A stretch of DNA of 63,805 nucleotides, the filler included, from Octopus bimaculoides (Eukaryota): NCBI RefSeq assembly GCF_001194135.2. It is 7 parts of 7 records of this genome, joined end to end, with 100 filler letters (N's around TTAATTAATTAA, not from the genome) between each part and the next. Parts side by side here need not be neighbours in the genome. Positions count along the whole stretch, not along the records: positions 1 to 9,552 come from NC_068981.1; positions 9,653 to 22,164 come from NC_068997.1; 5 more parts are not named here. One strand, written 5' to 3'. Both the position numbers and the translations under genes were made by a program. Of the stretch, positions 1 through 13,965 are shown piece after piece; within the stretch, counting starts at the first letter, position 1; the number at the start of each line of letters is the position of its first letter. The notes under the pieces were generated by a model. The model ran no database searches, had not been told where the DNA came from, and worked only from the letters and a program-made list of their open reading frames with translations.

Positions 1-309
1 ATATATATATATATATATATAGGTTGACGTTTATTATTGATAACCTACATTTTAGATTGTAATGATAGAAAACCATTTTGTCCATGAAGCCATTGATATT
101 CTCTTATGCCTTGTTAATTAACACCGAACATTAGAAATAATGCTTTCAGGTACAGAAATTTACTTAGTCATGAAACGTATTTACAGTCATTTTGAATTAC
201 TGACATGTCACGTAACAACAATTTTCATTTTCTAAACGTTCTCAATTTTATGAGACCTATTTGTCCATGAGTTGCTTCTCCGTAACTCTACTTACTACAG
301 ATTTTGTTT

Positions 310-353
310 CTTGAAGACAAACTACTATTTTAAATTAGTAGTTTGTCTTCAAG
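310..353. repeat. Near-perfect short palindrome with 18-bp arms
   Basis: cttgaagacaaactacta / tagtagtttgtcttcaag. Confidence 0.85.
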
Positions 354-1346
354 TAGTTTTCATTTGAAGCCGATCTATTTCGAGTAATTTTCTCCCACTT
401 GACATCTGTTCATATTCTGCACCGGAGTGAGCGTAGATATAGGAAAATACATTAAATTTATAGTGGAACACTTACCGAATTGATATAATATCATGTCCAA
501 ATTAATATTCTTTTTTTTGTACATATTTGCTATACTTATTAAAACGATTGTGACAATCTTAGAAGTGGTGTACTTTATCTTAATAATCATTACCGAAATA
601 ATATCTTCATTTTACTGAAGACTATCAGATATGCTGTGTTAACGTTTATTTCTAAATTGTATTCCGATATTTCTTCTAGAAACTAGAAATAGATTAATAA
701 GAAGGCGTGTGTTTTAAGCATTGAAAATTTTAAAATATAAGCTGATATTTTGAAGCTCACACAAATATTCGACAATTAAACTGTGGCACTATTTTTGACA
801 TCAGGGGTTATAAATATTCTTTTCGCAATGACTCACTTTCGAGTAGTTTTGATCTACTCATAGCCCACATGCCATCTAATTTCTAATATGAATAATATCG
901 CCATGTATCCTTTCATTGTCGTAGCGGCAGTGCCTATGAAAGCAAAAGATTTTATAAACTCTGATACAAATATCTATCTAAAATTCTTTAACTGCTCATT
1001 GGTCCCCAAAATACAATCTTATTGTATCCCATTCAGAGCACTATCAGAGGCCAGTCTTCTTTCCACGGTCCATTAATGAGCCTTAATTGGTTTACATGTT
1101 TTACATTTCTAATACCTATACTCGCGCTCCATTTTATGCCAGCTCTTAATATTTGAAAGCATGACTTCACACTGAGAATAAACGATGTAGTTTGGTTTGT
1201 TTATCCTCTAGACCGCCCATCATACAAACTCTACAAATGAACATAAGTACCCCACGTACCACCTGTGTGTAAACCATAGTAAATGTTTTGTGTTTTTCTC
1301 TTGAAAAACATATTCAAAGCAAAGCAAAACAAACACCGTTAGTTTT

Positions 1347-1739
1347 AAGTAGTTGCATGCTGTCAACTTAATGTAACAGTCTCCTGAAGGGAATAATACT
1401 ACTGTTGGTTAGACCTACGAAGATGCACCGCTTCCTGTCGGCCTTGACACATTTCCTGTCCCCTTATGTTTACAAGGAGGAGACAAGCATCTCCGCCCAG
1501 CTAAGCTTGCATCCAGAGAAATGTTTCTGAGTCTTTTATGCCAGCTCTTAGCATTTGAAAGACATGTCTCTGGATGCAGGCTTATCTGGGTGGAGGTGTT
1601 TGTCTCCCCCTTCTAAACATAAGGACACAGGAAATGTGGCAAGACCGACAGGAAGCGGTGTAGCTTCCTGGGTCTAACCAATAGTAGTATTATTCCCTTC
1701 ATGGGACTGTCACGTTTAGTTGACAGCATACAACAACTT
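1347..1739. repeat. Long diverged inverted repeat (arms about 180 bp, spacer about 33 bp)
   Basis: 1347-1526 is the reverse complement of 1560-1739 with scattered mismatches. Confidence 0.9.
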
Positions 1740-2443
1740 CATTGTATCACTACTGCATAAATCTCTCTGAGAGATTTAGAAATGTATTATTTCTAAAACC
1801 GTTAGTTTTATTATACTACAATCACACCCGAAATAGTATAGAAATACATAAACACAATCACATACACATGTGATTGCAATATTCCATTCTCCTCATTTCA
1901 CACTCCACCGAAACATGTTACTTCCCTTTCTACACCAGCACCGCTATCTCCATAACCACTTCTCCTCTCTAACTGTACAACAGCAGATTCCCAGTCACTT
2001 TACTGCACTTAGGAATGGGATATCCTACTAAATTATATACAAAGCCATAAAAACTAAAGCAATCACAATCTGATAAGTCAGAACTTCGAATTCACTTTCA
2101 GCCTTTTTCTTGTAAAAAATAAATGTGTACTGTATGAAAAGTAATGAGTGACACTTCAGATTATTATTAAATTGCTTTCATGTATAACGTCACATAAAAA
2201 CAAACATTAATGCATACATACTTATGTATATGTAAATATATATNNNNNNNNNNNNNNNNNNNNNNNNNNNNNNNNNNNNNNNNNNNNNNNNNNNNNNNNN
2301 NNNNNNNNNNNNNNNNNNNNNNNNNNNNNNNNNNNNNNNNNNNNNNNNNNNNNNNNNNNNNNNNNNNNNNNNNNNNNNNNNNNNNNNNNNNNNNNNNNNN
2401 NNNNNNNNNNNNNNNNNNNNNNNNNNNNNNNNNNNNNNNNNNN

Positions 2444-2491
<48 letters not shown>

Positions 2492-3546
2492 ATATATATA
2501 AAACATGGTTTATGGTGAGTAGTATTTCAAGGTAAATACTAATAATACGACAGACACATTAAAAGTAAGGGAAAGTTATCGAAATTTAAATTAAAATTAA
2601 AAAAATATAAGATGATGAATCGAAAGTTGGAGAAAAAAGATTGAAATAGTAAAACGTGTTTCATCTTTCCAAAGAAAGGCATCTGGTTAACATTTTAATC
2701 TCAAGCCACGTATGTAATAGCGTCGTGAAATAATTTACAGCTGTCTGTGATAGAAGGAAAAATGCGTTAAATTTTATTTTATGTATATGTCAGGTCATTA
2801 AATGAATTTGCATTACAAATTACCACAAACCTATAGACGTTTCATGTACTTGAGTCATGGTATCTTTTATGAATATAGTCGTGCTTGTACTATGTATGTA
2901 TCTATTTATGTATGTACGTACGTACGTACGTATATGTTAAAAATATATGTTTATAAGTATACGTATGTTTATATATATATATGTGTGTACGTGTGTGTGC
3001 ATGTATATGTATGAACGAATGAATGCATATCTACAGGAAAGAATGTAGTTTTGAACGCATGTACATGTATGTAACTTTATACATATACACGCAAGAGATG
3101 AGGGACACAAAATTTCATACACACATATATACACAGACACGTTTTACAATCATTTTCGCTCCTCTATCTTTGTACATACAAAAACTCAGTCACGCACAAA
3201 CACATGCACACAAAAGCTAACCCGATTACATATACATGCATGTACACACACACAAATACAAACACACATATGTACCTAGCACATGCACACACACACATAT
3301 ATATGCTGATAAATGCAAAGCAAAATGTAGTATGTATACATAATTTATTTTTGGTATGTAAAATGGAATATAAAACACAAATGGTATAAACATATTTACA
3401 CACACACACACACACATATGCATACGTGTATTTAAATGTATATATCTGTATATGTACATGTACATGCACTTATACGTCTATATATATATGTACACATATA
3501 TGCATATATGTAAATATATATCTATATATGTACATACATAATTATA

Positions 3547-3589
<43 letters not shown>

Positions 3590-4057
3590 ATTTATATATG
3601 TATGTATTTACGAGCTTATGTAAATATCGTGGAATTACAGAGAATTCGTAAATATGGTTTGAAAAATTTGAAAGTTGATTAAAAGTAAAAATGAAGGAAT
3701 TAATATTATCGAAATGGTAAACATTGGAAGACAGATTAGTTTCGTGACAATAAGAGATTAGGTTCAATTCACATCACTGCAGAAGCGATACAAAATTCCT
3801 TCTCTCTTCTGTAGACACTTTTGAACTGTCGTTAAAACTAATAACTGCTGTCAACATTTTATGCGCTTGATGTATGAAAACAATTTGTCTCCAGACATTA
3901 CGAATGATATTAATGATAAATAGGCACAAAAAATGACATGGCTAGTATAGAAAACAGCTGCATCATCATCATCTCCATCGGAACCACCTTTACTATTACT
4001 ACCACCTAATAATAATGATGATGATGATTATAATAATAATTGTGTTAATAATAATAA

Positions 4058-4300
4058 CGGATACTTGGGGAGGGGATTAAGAAAAAACATGTGGAAACTT
4101 CAGAAATACTCTACAATCTAGGTGTATTACAAAAATTGGCATTACTTGGAACTGCATGGATATTGCGTAAAGTACTGTCTGCTGAGGTTCTCGTGACTTG
4201 ACAGACAGTAAAAAACCCCGATAGACACAATACCTTCAATCAACAATATCACCATAGAGGATACTTTTCGACGTCTTAAATAATAATCTCCTAATATAAT
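4058..4300 (+). mobile_element. R4/Dong-like RLE non-LTR retrotransposon, short 3' fragment
   Basis: Encodes YNLGVLQKLALLGTAWILRKVLS, the typical C-terminus. Flanked by TAA repeats. Confidence 0.6.
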
Positions 4301-4977
4301 AATGAGCGTAGTGTTTTAATATATTTGTGTATTCATATATATATCTGTCCAAAATCACGCAGGAGGGAGTGGGAGAAGGAGTAGTATAAGTGGGGTGAGA
4401 GGAGAGAAAATATTAATTCAGTGAAGGAGAAGAAGTGAGAGTCATAGCCATGACTGAGAACGAGTGAGAAAAAGTAATAGCAATGAGAGAGAGAGTAAGT
4501 GGCAAAGAGAACGTCATGTACCTTATCTACTACTATAATAATACTCTTGTGTATTTCTCCGTCACAACATATGAATCAGAAAGGAAGGGGTGCAAGATGA
4601 ATAAGGAAAGAAGGGGTGATGACAAACTTGATAATGGGATGACGGAAGTTTTACGGGGAAAAAAATCAAACAGCGTTTCAACTCTGCGTGAGTGTATGTA
4701 TGTGTATGTAAAAGCGGGTCATGGGAATGTTTGTGTGTGTGTGCAATGGAAGTGGTATGGTGAACATTCAATGCTGAAACGAAAAATCAAACACCCTTTC
4801 AAATCTGTGTGAGTATATGTGTGTATGTGTGTGCGTGTACAAGGGAAGTTTGTGAATGTATGTATCTGTGATTATCATGTACCTTATTTATATATAAAAT
4901 ACTACAATTAACCATCATTTTTGACGACACGGGGACTGTTAGTAGTAGTAATAGTAATAATAATAATAGTAGTAGTA

Positions 4978-5054
<77 letters not shown>

Positions 5055-5631
5055 NNNNNNNNNNNNNNNNNNNNNNNNNNNNNNNNNNNNNNNNNNNNNN
5101 NNNNNNNNNNNNNNNNNNNNNNNNNNNNNNNNNNNNNNNNNNNNNNNNNNNNNNNNNNNNNNNNNNNNNNNNNNNNNNNNNNNNNNNNNNNNNNNNNNNN
5201 NNNNNNNNNNNNNNNNNNNNNNNNNNNNNNNNNNNNNNNNNNNNNNNNNNNNNNNNNNNNNNNNNNNNNNNNNNNNNNNNNNNNNNNNNNNNNNNNNNNN
5301 NNNNNNNNNNNNNNNNNNNNNNNNNNNNNNNNNNNNNNNNNNNNNNNNNNNNNNNNNNNNNNNNNNNNNNNNNNNNNNNNNNNNNNNNNNNNNNNNNNNN
5401 NNNNNNNNNNNNNNNNNNNNNNNNNNNNNNNNNNNNNNNNNNNNNNNNNNNNNNNNNNNNNNNNNNNNNNNNNNNNNNNNNNNNNNNNNNNNNNNNNNNN
5501 NNNNNNNNNNNNNNNNNNNNNNNNNNNNNNNNNNNNNNNNNNNNNNNNNNNNNNNNNNNNNNNNNNNNNNNNNNNNNNNNNNNNNNNNNNNNNNNNNNNN
5601 NNNNNNNNNNNNNNNNNNNNNNNNNNNNNNN

Positions 5632-6365
5632 AAGACCAAAGCCTCCCCACCAGAAATTACCAAAAACATATAGTGAAAAGAAACATAAGTAACTGTAGAA
5701 TATGTGGAGATAGACAAGAAACAATAAATCATATTATCTCTGGCTGCTCAGTCCTGGCTAAGAAGGAATATATTCACAGACACGACAGAGCTGGGACCTA
5801 TATACACTGGAAGCTATGACAACACTATGGAATAACAACAGAAAAAAGATGGTATAAACACACGCCAGAAAAGGTCACAGAAAACGAGAAAACAACAATA
5901 ATCTGGGATATGCCAATACACACAGATAGAGAAATTAAGGCAAATAGACCAGATATAGTTGTCAAAGATCATGAAGAAAAAAAATGCATTCTAATTGTTG
6001 TATCAATACTAGCAGATGACAACGTTTCGCTAAAAGAAATGGAAAAACTTTCAAAATACAAAGACCTGGAAATAGAGGTAACTCGAATGTTGAATCTAAA
6101 AACAGAATCTAAAAACAGAAACAATTCCTATCATTAGGTATAATAAAACAATATTCAGACAAATACATAACAAAAACACCAGGACTTACAAATATATATA
6201 ACATACAGACAATGGCACTACTGGGCACTGCACACATCCTACGCAAAACACTTTCAATACAATAACCATAAGAGCATCACAGCAAACCACAGTATATACC
6301 CAAGGCACACAGAGCTGCCCTCGGTAGTGAAGTGAAAGCACGTTATAAAAATAAAACTACTGAAC
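5632..6365 (+). mobile_element. R4/Dong-like RLE non-LTR retrotransposon, 3' part (zinc knuckle plus restriction-like endonuclease)
   Basis: CRICGDRQETINHIISGC, RHD, RPDIVVKD...KYKDL, and GTAHILRKTLSIQ* ending at 6265. In-frame stop at 5817 and a later frameshift. Ends in (AAT)n. Confidence 0.85.
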
Positions 6366-6390
6366 AATAATAATAATAATAATAATAATA

Positions 6391-6453
<63 letters not shown>
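6364..6453. repeat. (AAT)n microsatellite
   Basis: Read directly from the sequence. Confidence 0.95.
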
Positions 6454-6454
<1 letters not shown>

Positions 6455-6750
6455 CAGGAAACCCCAAAATGGCTGAAGTTCAAAAGATAGTGCTCATGGG
6501 AACTGCCCATATCCTACGTAAAATACTGTCTATGTGATCTCAAATTTTAAAGCAAACACATAATTTTCTTATGGTTTTTTAAACATTCACTTGAACAAAA
6601 CTGTACAAATCCAAATATATGGTACCCTAGGCATAACACCTACATGAACTTCTAACTTGTTGTCTCTTGAGGTCTCTGGGTGAGACTTGGATCCAACTTG
6701 TACAAATGCAAAACAAAAGTCAAACATAAAATAATAATAATAATAATAAA
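6454..6750 (+). mobile_element. Second R4/Dong-like 3' fragment of a different subfamily
   Basis: PGNPKMAEVQKIVLMGTAHILRKILSM*, 3' UTR and (TAA)n tail. Starts directly in the preceding (AAT)n. Confidence 0.7.
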
Positions 6751-7232
6751 TGCCTTGATGCAGTACCAGACAGTGGCTCTCTTAGCTTCTGATCTGAACT
6801 GGCTGGAGTGTACATTGTTTTGTCTTGGTACAAAAGATGGGCAGCAGCAAATGTTCAGTTGAATACCAAAGTTTTGATTGTTAGTTGTTTGACCGTAACC
6901 AGTTAAGCATATCCCTTAATGGCTGACGATATGTGCATCTCTGATCACGAACAGAAGTAGTGGCGGATCATCATAGCCAGGTGTTGAGAGAAATTGTTTG
7001 GAGTTTGGATAATTCAATTATGGGAACATGGATGTTTCGTTCAACATCCTTAAACACACCTGCAAGGTCAAGTACCGTTTGTCTTGATATGACATCATAA
7101 TGCCACGCACATATGATTGTGATGCATGTGCCTGGTGTACCCTTTTTAGGCTGGGCTTCGTATATTTTACCCCGGTGTCACTTTGATGGCATGACACTGC
7201 TTCTGCAGTCAATAATAATAATGATAATAATC

Positions 7233-7290
<58 letters not shown>

Positions 7291-9233
7291 TAATAATAAT
7301 GAGCGACGGGTGAAATACCGCAAAGCATTTTGTCCAGCGTACTAACGATCATGCCAACTCGCCGCCTCAGTAATAAATCAATAATAATAATAGTAATAAT
7401 GATGATGACGATGATATTTGATTAAATGATACGGAAATTTATATTTTGTCGCTGACATCTAATAATTAAGAAATAGTGAATCAGCAGTAGTTTATCATCA
7501 TGGGGACTTTTTAAATATGAAAACAATTGTGATCATATTTGACGTGCGAACATAAAGAAACAAACATTTGTATATCGAGAAAATCTATTACTGCTTAATT
7601 ATTTAATTGATGTTAGTCATTGGACTCTGTCGTTCTGGAGCACTGCCATCTGGGATAAAGTCAATTAAGTCACCTCCCGTAGTTTATTTTATGAAGCATG
7701 TAGATAATGAAACTCAAAATGAAAAAACAATGTAATGTGTAAACTTTGTATGAAAAGAGACATAACTAAAACCAATAAATTATTTTGTACGACGTTCTCA
7801 TCATTCTGCCTTCCCAACACACCACGCAGTTTCGTACCTTATAAATCATACTCAGCACTGGTATTACTATTAACACGGGGTGGCCCTAGGAAATACCATC
7901 TTTTACATCTTTGATGCACAAAAATGAAAGATTGTTGCAATATTTTCATCCTGGTAAATATTTTAACTATGTCCTCAATTTGATCCCATAGTAAAGCTTG
8001 TTAACACTAAAATACACAAACTTTGTAACAACCATAACAATATTACAGATAATGATGGCTGACACTCGAATATATGTTAATGTCTAACTTTAAGATGCCG
8101 TTGTCTTTGAGTACTCTGTCTTTAATCCATCAATAATATTACGTAATGACAATAATATAAAGTACTAGTTAACAACTGCCACGTAAGAGAAATACCCCCC
8201 ACACCAAACACATAACGAAAATTAAGTAAAACGCGTGGATTTATGCCTATATTTGATATGAACATCGGAAATATATGCCTCCGTTCGGCTAGAAATTGTT
8301 TTATTTCCTAGTTCTTATTTATGAAACAAACTGCTTATTTTACTTTCTGCGCAATCATGTTAACAAATGATACTCAGTAACTTCAATTGCCAACAGTATG
8401 TATGTCACAGAATTTCCACGAGAAAATATAAATGTAGTTTCTCATTGCCTTTCTCCGGGTGCTACTTTTTAAAGTTACCCGCTTGTCAGCTAGATACAGA
8501 AAAGTTTATCTTATTTGGTTATGTACTCAGAAAGCAAAAATCTGGAACCATTACGAAGAAACATTCTGTAGAACGGTTTAACAATTCTGCAAAACCACCA
8601 CCATTAACTGTTGCTTCATTTGAAGTACTAGTCATCAGTAAGGTTGAACTCAAGTTATAAAGTAATAGATGGAATACCCCAAAGCATTTTGTCCGACGCT
8701 CTAAATATGCATTGAATTTATAATACAAAGGAAAAAACAGTCACACCTCGATTTAAATATTTGATACGACTGCAGGTAACAAATAAGGATGATAAATAAC
8801 TCATTTATAAAATGCCCGATCTTCGAATGATGTATTAGTGAAAAAGGACACGTACATTTTCTAAATATAAATCTTTCTACTTCCTACGAATTATATTCAA
8901 ATATTTGAATACATTGTATCCTGTACTACAAAATAACTTTTTCTCACCACGGCAATAACCAATGTCTCGGTATTAAGTCTAAATTATTAAAAGTGAGGGA
9001 AACAAATACGTTAAGAATAATAACCTTCATCTTACTGGATATATCTCTCTCCATGCGACCTTCAGTATTTGCTTGTGTAGAGTCAGATCTGCTTGACACT
9101 TGCTGGCATATATCATCGAGAAATATTTTCTCTTACAAGTTCATAGAAATCAATGTTATTGGAATTGACGTTAGCAAAGTATTCAACCGCATCTGTAATT
9201 AGAACGTTCTACCTAAGTTATCCGCCTGCAAGC

Positions 9234-9306
<73 letters not shown>
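9234..9306. repeat. (TCTA)n microsatellite
   Basis: Read directly from the sequence. Confidence 0.95.
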
Positions 9307-9307
<1 letters not shown>

Positions 9308-9596
9308 CTATGGACGGACGGTAGACGTTTTTCCGTAAGTTTTGCCTTTTTCATGTTTTAAAAAGTTTGTTTGTAAAATTTATTTTATATACAAAGTTGT
9401 ATAACAACTTGTAGGCTCTCTGGTGCAAGTTTTTTGCGACGGAAATCTGCCCTGTGTGGCACATTTCCAGGATATAAAAACCAATTTCGGCTTTCTAGCC
9501 ATTTTTTTTTTGAGACGATGGCGTCTTGTAGCCATGAAAATTTTTGTGAAACNNNNNNNNNNNNNNNNNNNNNNNNNNNNNNNNNNNNNNNNNNNN

Positions 9597-9608
9597 TTAA
9601 TTAATTAA
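9597..9608. other. Assembly linker TTAATTAATTAA inside a 100-bp gap (also at 22209, 33204, 49124, 54970, 61548)
   Basis: Identical 12-mer with stops in all six frames, each flanked by 44 N on both sides. Confidence 0.95.
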
Positions 9609-9652
9609 NNNNNNNNNNNNNNNNNNNNNNNNNNNNNNNNNNNNNNNNNNNN

Positions 9653-9733
9653 AATCTGTAAATGTACAAACATCCAGGTTTCTGAGTACCTTAATTTTTT
9701 CTATATAATTTCTGTACATCACCTCCAAACCTT

Positions 9734-9737
<4 letters not shown>
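9653..9737 (+). repeat. Dispersed repeat, second copy at 46311-46405 (pLTR-like, downstream of a hammerhead there)
   Basis: aatctgtaaa...ctgagtacct...tgtacatcacctccaa(a/g)ccttc in both copies. Confidence 0.75.
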
Positions 9738-9771
<34 letters not shown>

Positions 9772-10213
9772 TATATATATAATGAGTGAGGAAGAGATAT
9801 GCACATGCGTGTATACATAATACAGGCATAAGCATGTTTACTCTACAGGATCTGAAAATGCATAAGAATTTTAATTATTACAAATCCCCAAAACATCTAC
9901 ACTAAAAGAAATGCAGAAATCTTCACAACCTGCAAAATAATTAAGAGAACATGAAACGCTGCAGCTGTAAAGTTAGTGCAAGCTGGGTGTAGTTGTTAAA
10001 GAAAAGCTTTGTTATTTCAGCTATGTCCACCACACTACCTCTTTCAGCAAGACAACTTCCTGTCATTCCGTGCCAAAAGAAGGCGACAGGATGAACTCAA
10101 ATGACAGACAGATGTTATAATAATATATCTAAAGTATCGTAGAACCACCACACATGACTTAGAAACATTCTGGTTCTCATCACATTCTGTAGTTTTGAAC
10201 AACACAATAAAAC

Positions 10214-10291
<78 letters not shown>

Positions 10292-10875
10292 ATCAATATA
10301 TTATTGCGTCGTAACTCCTTTATTATTATTAATATATATATGTATATATACATATACATACATACATATACAGCAGAGCAGGCTGAACAACATCTAACTA
10401 TTTATTAGTTACTACTCTTACCCAAAAGCTCATTTACGGTCGAAATTGGTGTACGCGATGGAGCGCTTTTGCTGTAACACCCACAAACACCCCGGTCTGC
10501 ATTGATTAGAAGTCCATTCGACTGATTCACAAGGACTAAAACACTAACACATTGCAACACGCATGCGTGTGTAAGGTTTATTCGCCAAGACTTTTCTGTT
10601 GCTATTGTAAAGACGTTTTCTCATCAATACTTGGTAGTCGCATACCACCTCCACCTCGCACAGTTAGTCTACCCGTCACTCTTACACGCAGATACTCCAC
10701 TAACCACTTCGCCCAACATCCCAGCCCAATAACGGAAACTCTAGAAATCCTACTCCACCTAGTTTTTCTATTGACAAATGTCTCTTGATTTTCAAGTTGA
10801 ATACCTACTTCAGACTTGTTGGTCTGAGATGCCTCACAAATATCCTGTCTATTGACCCTCTTCCTCTCACTGTAT

Positions 10876-10946
10876 TATAAAAGACCGCTGTATCGAAGCA
10901 TAAAATGTCAAAACTTGAACAAACAATAATGATATTACAAGTAAGC
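10876..10946 (+). promoter_or_regulatory. Candidate TATA box followed by a short first exon and splice donor
   Basis: TATAAAAG at 10876-10883 and donor CAA|GTAAGC at 10940/10941, in unique non-repetitive sequence with a CCAAT about 150 bp upstream. Confidence 0.2.
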
Positions 10947-11479
10947 AGTTCACGTTTGAAGCTGTTGTAAACTCGTGTCGATCTTTATGTCAAAGATTTT
11001 TTTTAAATGGTAATAAAGTAAGACAATATTTGCATTGAAGAGAATAAGAAATCTTTGGTCACCTTTTTTCTTTTTTTTTTTCTTGAAATGGCCACTTTGG
11101 ACAGGAGAAAATTCATTTACGAGGTTATTATTTAAGGAAAATCTAATGCTTAATTTCTCTGATATATTTAAATGTACATGTTAAGCAGTTGTTTGTAAAA
11201 ATATGTGAGAGGAACCGAAATTGTTTCACAAGTTATTTTAAGAAATAAATCATCAAGAGTTATTCTTAGAAACTAAATGACCAAACAGTGAGAAAATGCA
11301 AACAGAAATACCACGCGATAAATATCTCAAATACACCTCTGAAAAATACACAAACCATTCAAAAGAGTATTGTATAAATCACGAGAATATTAACTGTAGA
11401 ATAAATGAGTACATCATCAAAAATTTCCTACAACATAAAATGCAAAACTATAAACTAAGACTAACAAGTTCTAATTTTT

Positions 11480-11856
11480 GGGAGGAGTAAGTCGATTACC
11501 ATGCTCAACTGGTATTTATTTATCGTACCCCGAGAGGATGAAAGGCAAAGTCGACGACGGCGGAATTTGAGCTCAGAACGTAAAGATGGACGAAATGCTG
11601 CCAAGCATTTAGCCCCGCGTGCAAAACGATTCTTATTTCTTTATTGCCCACAAGGGACTAAACATAGAGGGGACAAACAAGGGTATTAAGTCGATTACAT
11701 CGACCCCAGTGCGAAATTGGCACTTATTTTATCGACCCTGAAAGGATGAAAGGCAAAGTCGACCTCGGTGGAATTTGAGCTCAGAACGTAACGGCCGACG
11801 AAATACTGCTAGGCATTTCGCCCGGCGTGCTAACGTTTCTGCCAGCTCGCTGCCTT
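11480..11856 (-). mobile_element. tRNA-derived SINE family A, two stacked copies; the second has the Tx1-like tail
   Basis: A box tggcagaa(a/t)cgttagc, B box gagttcaaattcc, body gtcgactttgcctttcatcc. Confidence 0.85.
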
Positions 11857-12130
11857 AAAACTAACATTAATAATACTATACAAAAACACTAAAAATGTAA
11901 ACCTTCTTACTAATAACGAACTGCAAGCATGTGAAGCTACGTATAAGCTACCAATAGCCAATGCAATTTATAAATCCGATGGTAAATGTAAAATGAATAA
12001 ACTTCTTGACTCTGACAGTTATATCGTTCATACATGTGAGACACTCTCTCATCCATTCACTACGTACCTACAATTAAGAACAATTATAATATACACACAG
12101 AACAAAACTAAACTACAGGAAAATATTGGC

Positions 12131-12277
12131 TTCAAATTTTGGCACCAGGCTAGCAATTTCAGCAATTTCAACTGGTTCTTATTTTATCGACCTCGAAATG
12201 ATGAAAGAAAAAGTCGATGGCTGCGGAATTTGAACTCAGAAAGTAAAGACGGGGGATTCTGCTAGCTCGACGCCTTA
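12131..12277 (-). mobile_element. SINE family A, internally deleted
   Basis: Body and head motifs as in the other copies. Confidence 0.7.
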
Positions 12278-13382
12278 AAAATTACAGGAAAGTATTAGCA
12301 AAAGATATTTATACAGTTCAAAATTCTCCACAAAAATAGATAATTAATGATGGATTTATGATTAATGACTCATGACGCAGCACAGCTAAAATAAACACGT
12401 AAGCAAACTACAAGAACTACAAGCAAATAAAAATAAAATAATAAGCAGTAGACAACTCATATATTAATCTAACGGTCAAAATTCAAATTCTGGTGATAAT
12501 CTTTACGCCAGTCTATTAGCCATATCTGCAATGAACAGGCACCAACAAACACCAACATCTTTTCATACTCACGATTCAAACTATGGAAACCGAAAAACAT
12601 TGAGGACATATATATATATATATANNNNNNNNNNNNNNNNNNNNNNNNNNNNNNNNNNNNNNNNNNNNNNNNNNNNNNNNNNNNNNNNNNNNNNNNNNNN
12701 NNNNNNNNNNNNNNNNNNNNNNNNNNNNNNNNNNNNNNNNNNNNNNNNNNNNNNNNNNNNNNNNNNNNNNNNNNNNNNNNNNNNNNNNNNNNNNNNNNNN
12801 NNNNNNNNNNNNNNNNNNNNNNNNNNNNNNNNNNNNNNNNNNNNNNNNNNNNNNNNNNNNNNNNNNNNNNNNNNNNNNNNNNNNNNNNNNNNNNNNNNNN
12901 NNNNNNNNNNNNNNNNNNNNNNNNNNNNNNNNNNNNNNNNNNNNNNNNNNNNNNNNNNNNNNNNNNNNNNNNNNNNNNNNNNNNNNNNNNNNNNNNNNNN
13001 NNNNNNNNNNNNNNNNNNNNNNNNNNNNNNNNNNNNNNNNNNNNNNNNNNNNNNNNNNNNNNNNNNNNNNNNNNNNNNNNNNNNNNNNNNNNNNNNNNNN
13101 NNNNNNNNNNNNNNNNNNNNNNNNNNNNNNNNNNNNNNNNNNNNNNNNNNNNNNNNNNNNNNNNNNNNNNNNNNNNNNNNNNNNNNNNNNNNNNNNNNNN
13201 NNNNNNNNNNNNNNNNNNNNNNNNNNNNNNNNNNNNNNNNNNNNNNNNNNNNNNNNNNNNNNNNNNNNNNNNNNNNNNNNNNNNNNNNNNNNNNNNNNNN
13301 NNNNNNNNNNNNNNNNNNNNNNNNNNNNNNNNNNNNNNNNNNNNNNNNNNNNNNNNNNNNNNNNNNNNNNNNNNNNNNNNNN

Positions 13383-13425
<43 letters not shown>

Positions 13426-13912
13426 ATATGTGTATATATATATATATACATATATATGTATGTATGTTTGAAGATATATATGTGCCTCTGTGTGCGCGGG
13501 CGTATGCATATACATAGATACAAGCACACGCGCGTTTGTGGGTGTGTGAATGTTTGAGTTGGTGGCACATATAAGTCTATGGATGTGGGTGAGTAAAGGC
13601 AGCTTAAAATGTTCAACAAAATTAAATTTGGATCCATACATAGACAAAAAAAAAAGAAAGAAAATGCATATTCAATATATTTAATATTAGAGAAACCATT
13701 TTCCCCCGTGTCATGCACTCTAAGCAGCTTTTACATTTCTATATATAATTACCAGAACTCCAAAGTATCCATTCCTTTGATTCCTATGCTGAAGATGTTA
13801 AAAGGTAACGAACAGAGAAAATATCTTTGTTGCATCAGTGAAATACTCTCTCTCTATTACATACAGACACAAGCACAGACACAAGCACGGGCGCACACAC
13901 GCGCTCGCATAC

Positions 13913-13965
<53 letters not shown>

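Noticed and set aside
9597-9608. Six identical TTAATTAATTAA 12-mers, regularly flanked
   Set aside because: Always centred in 44 N + 12 + 44 N; a scaffolding linker with six-frame stops, not biology.
12469-13718. Long ORFs here and at 4799-5732, 22579-23738, 31302-32114, 39378-40113, 43988-45166 and 53518-54161
   Set aside because: They are open only because they run through N gaps and microsatellites.
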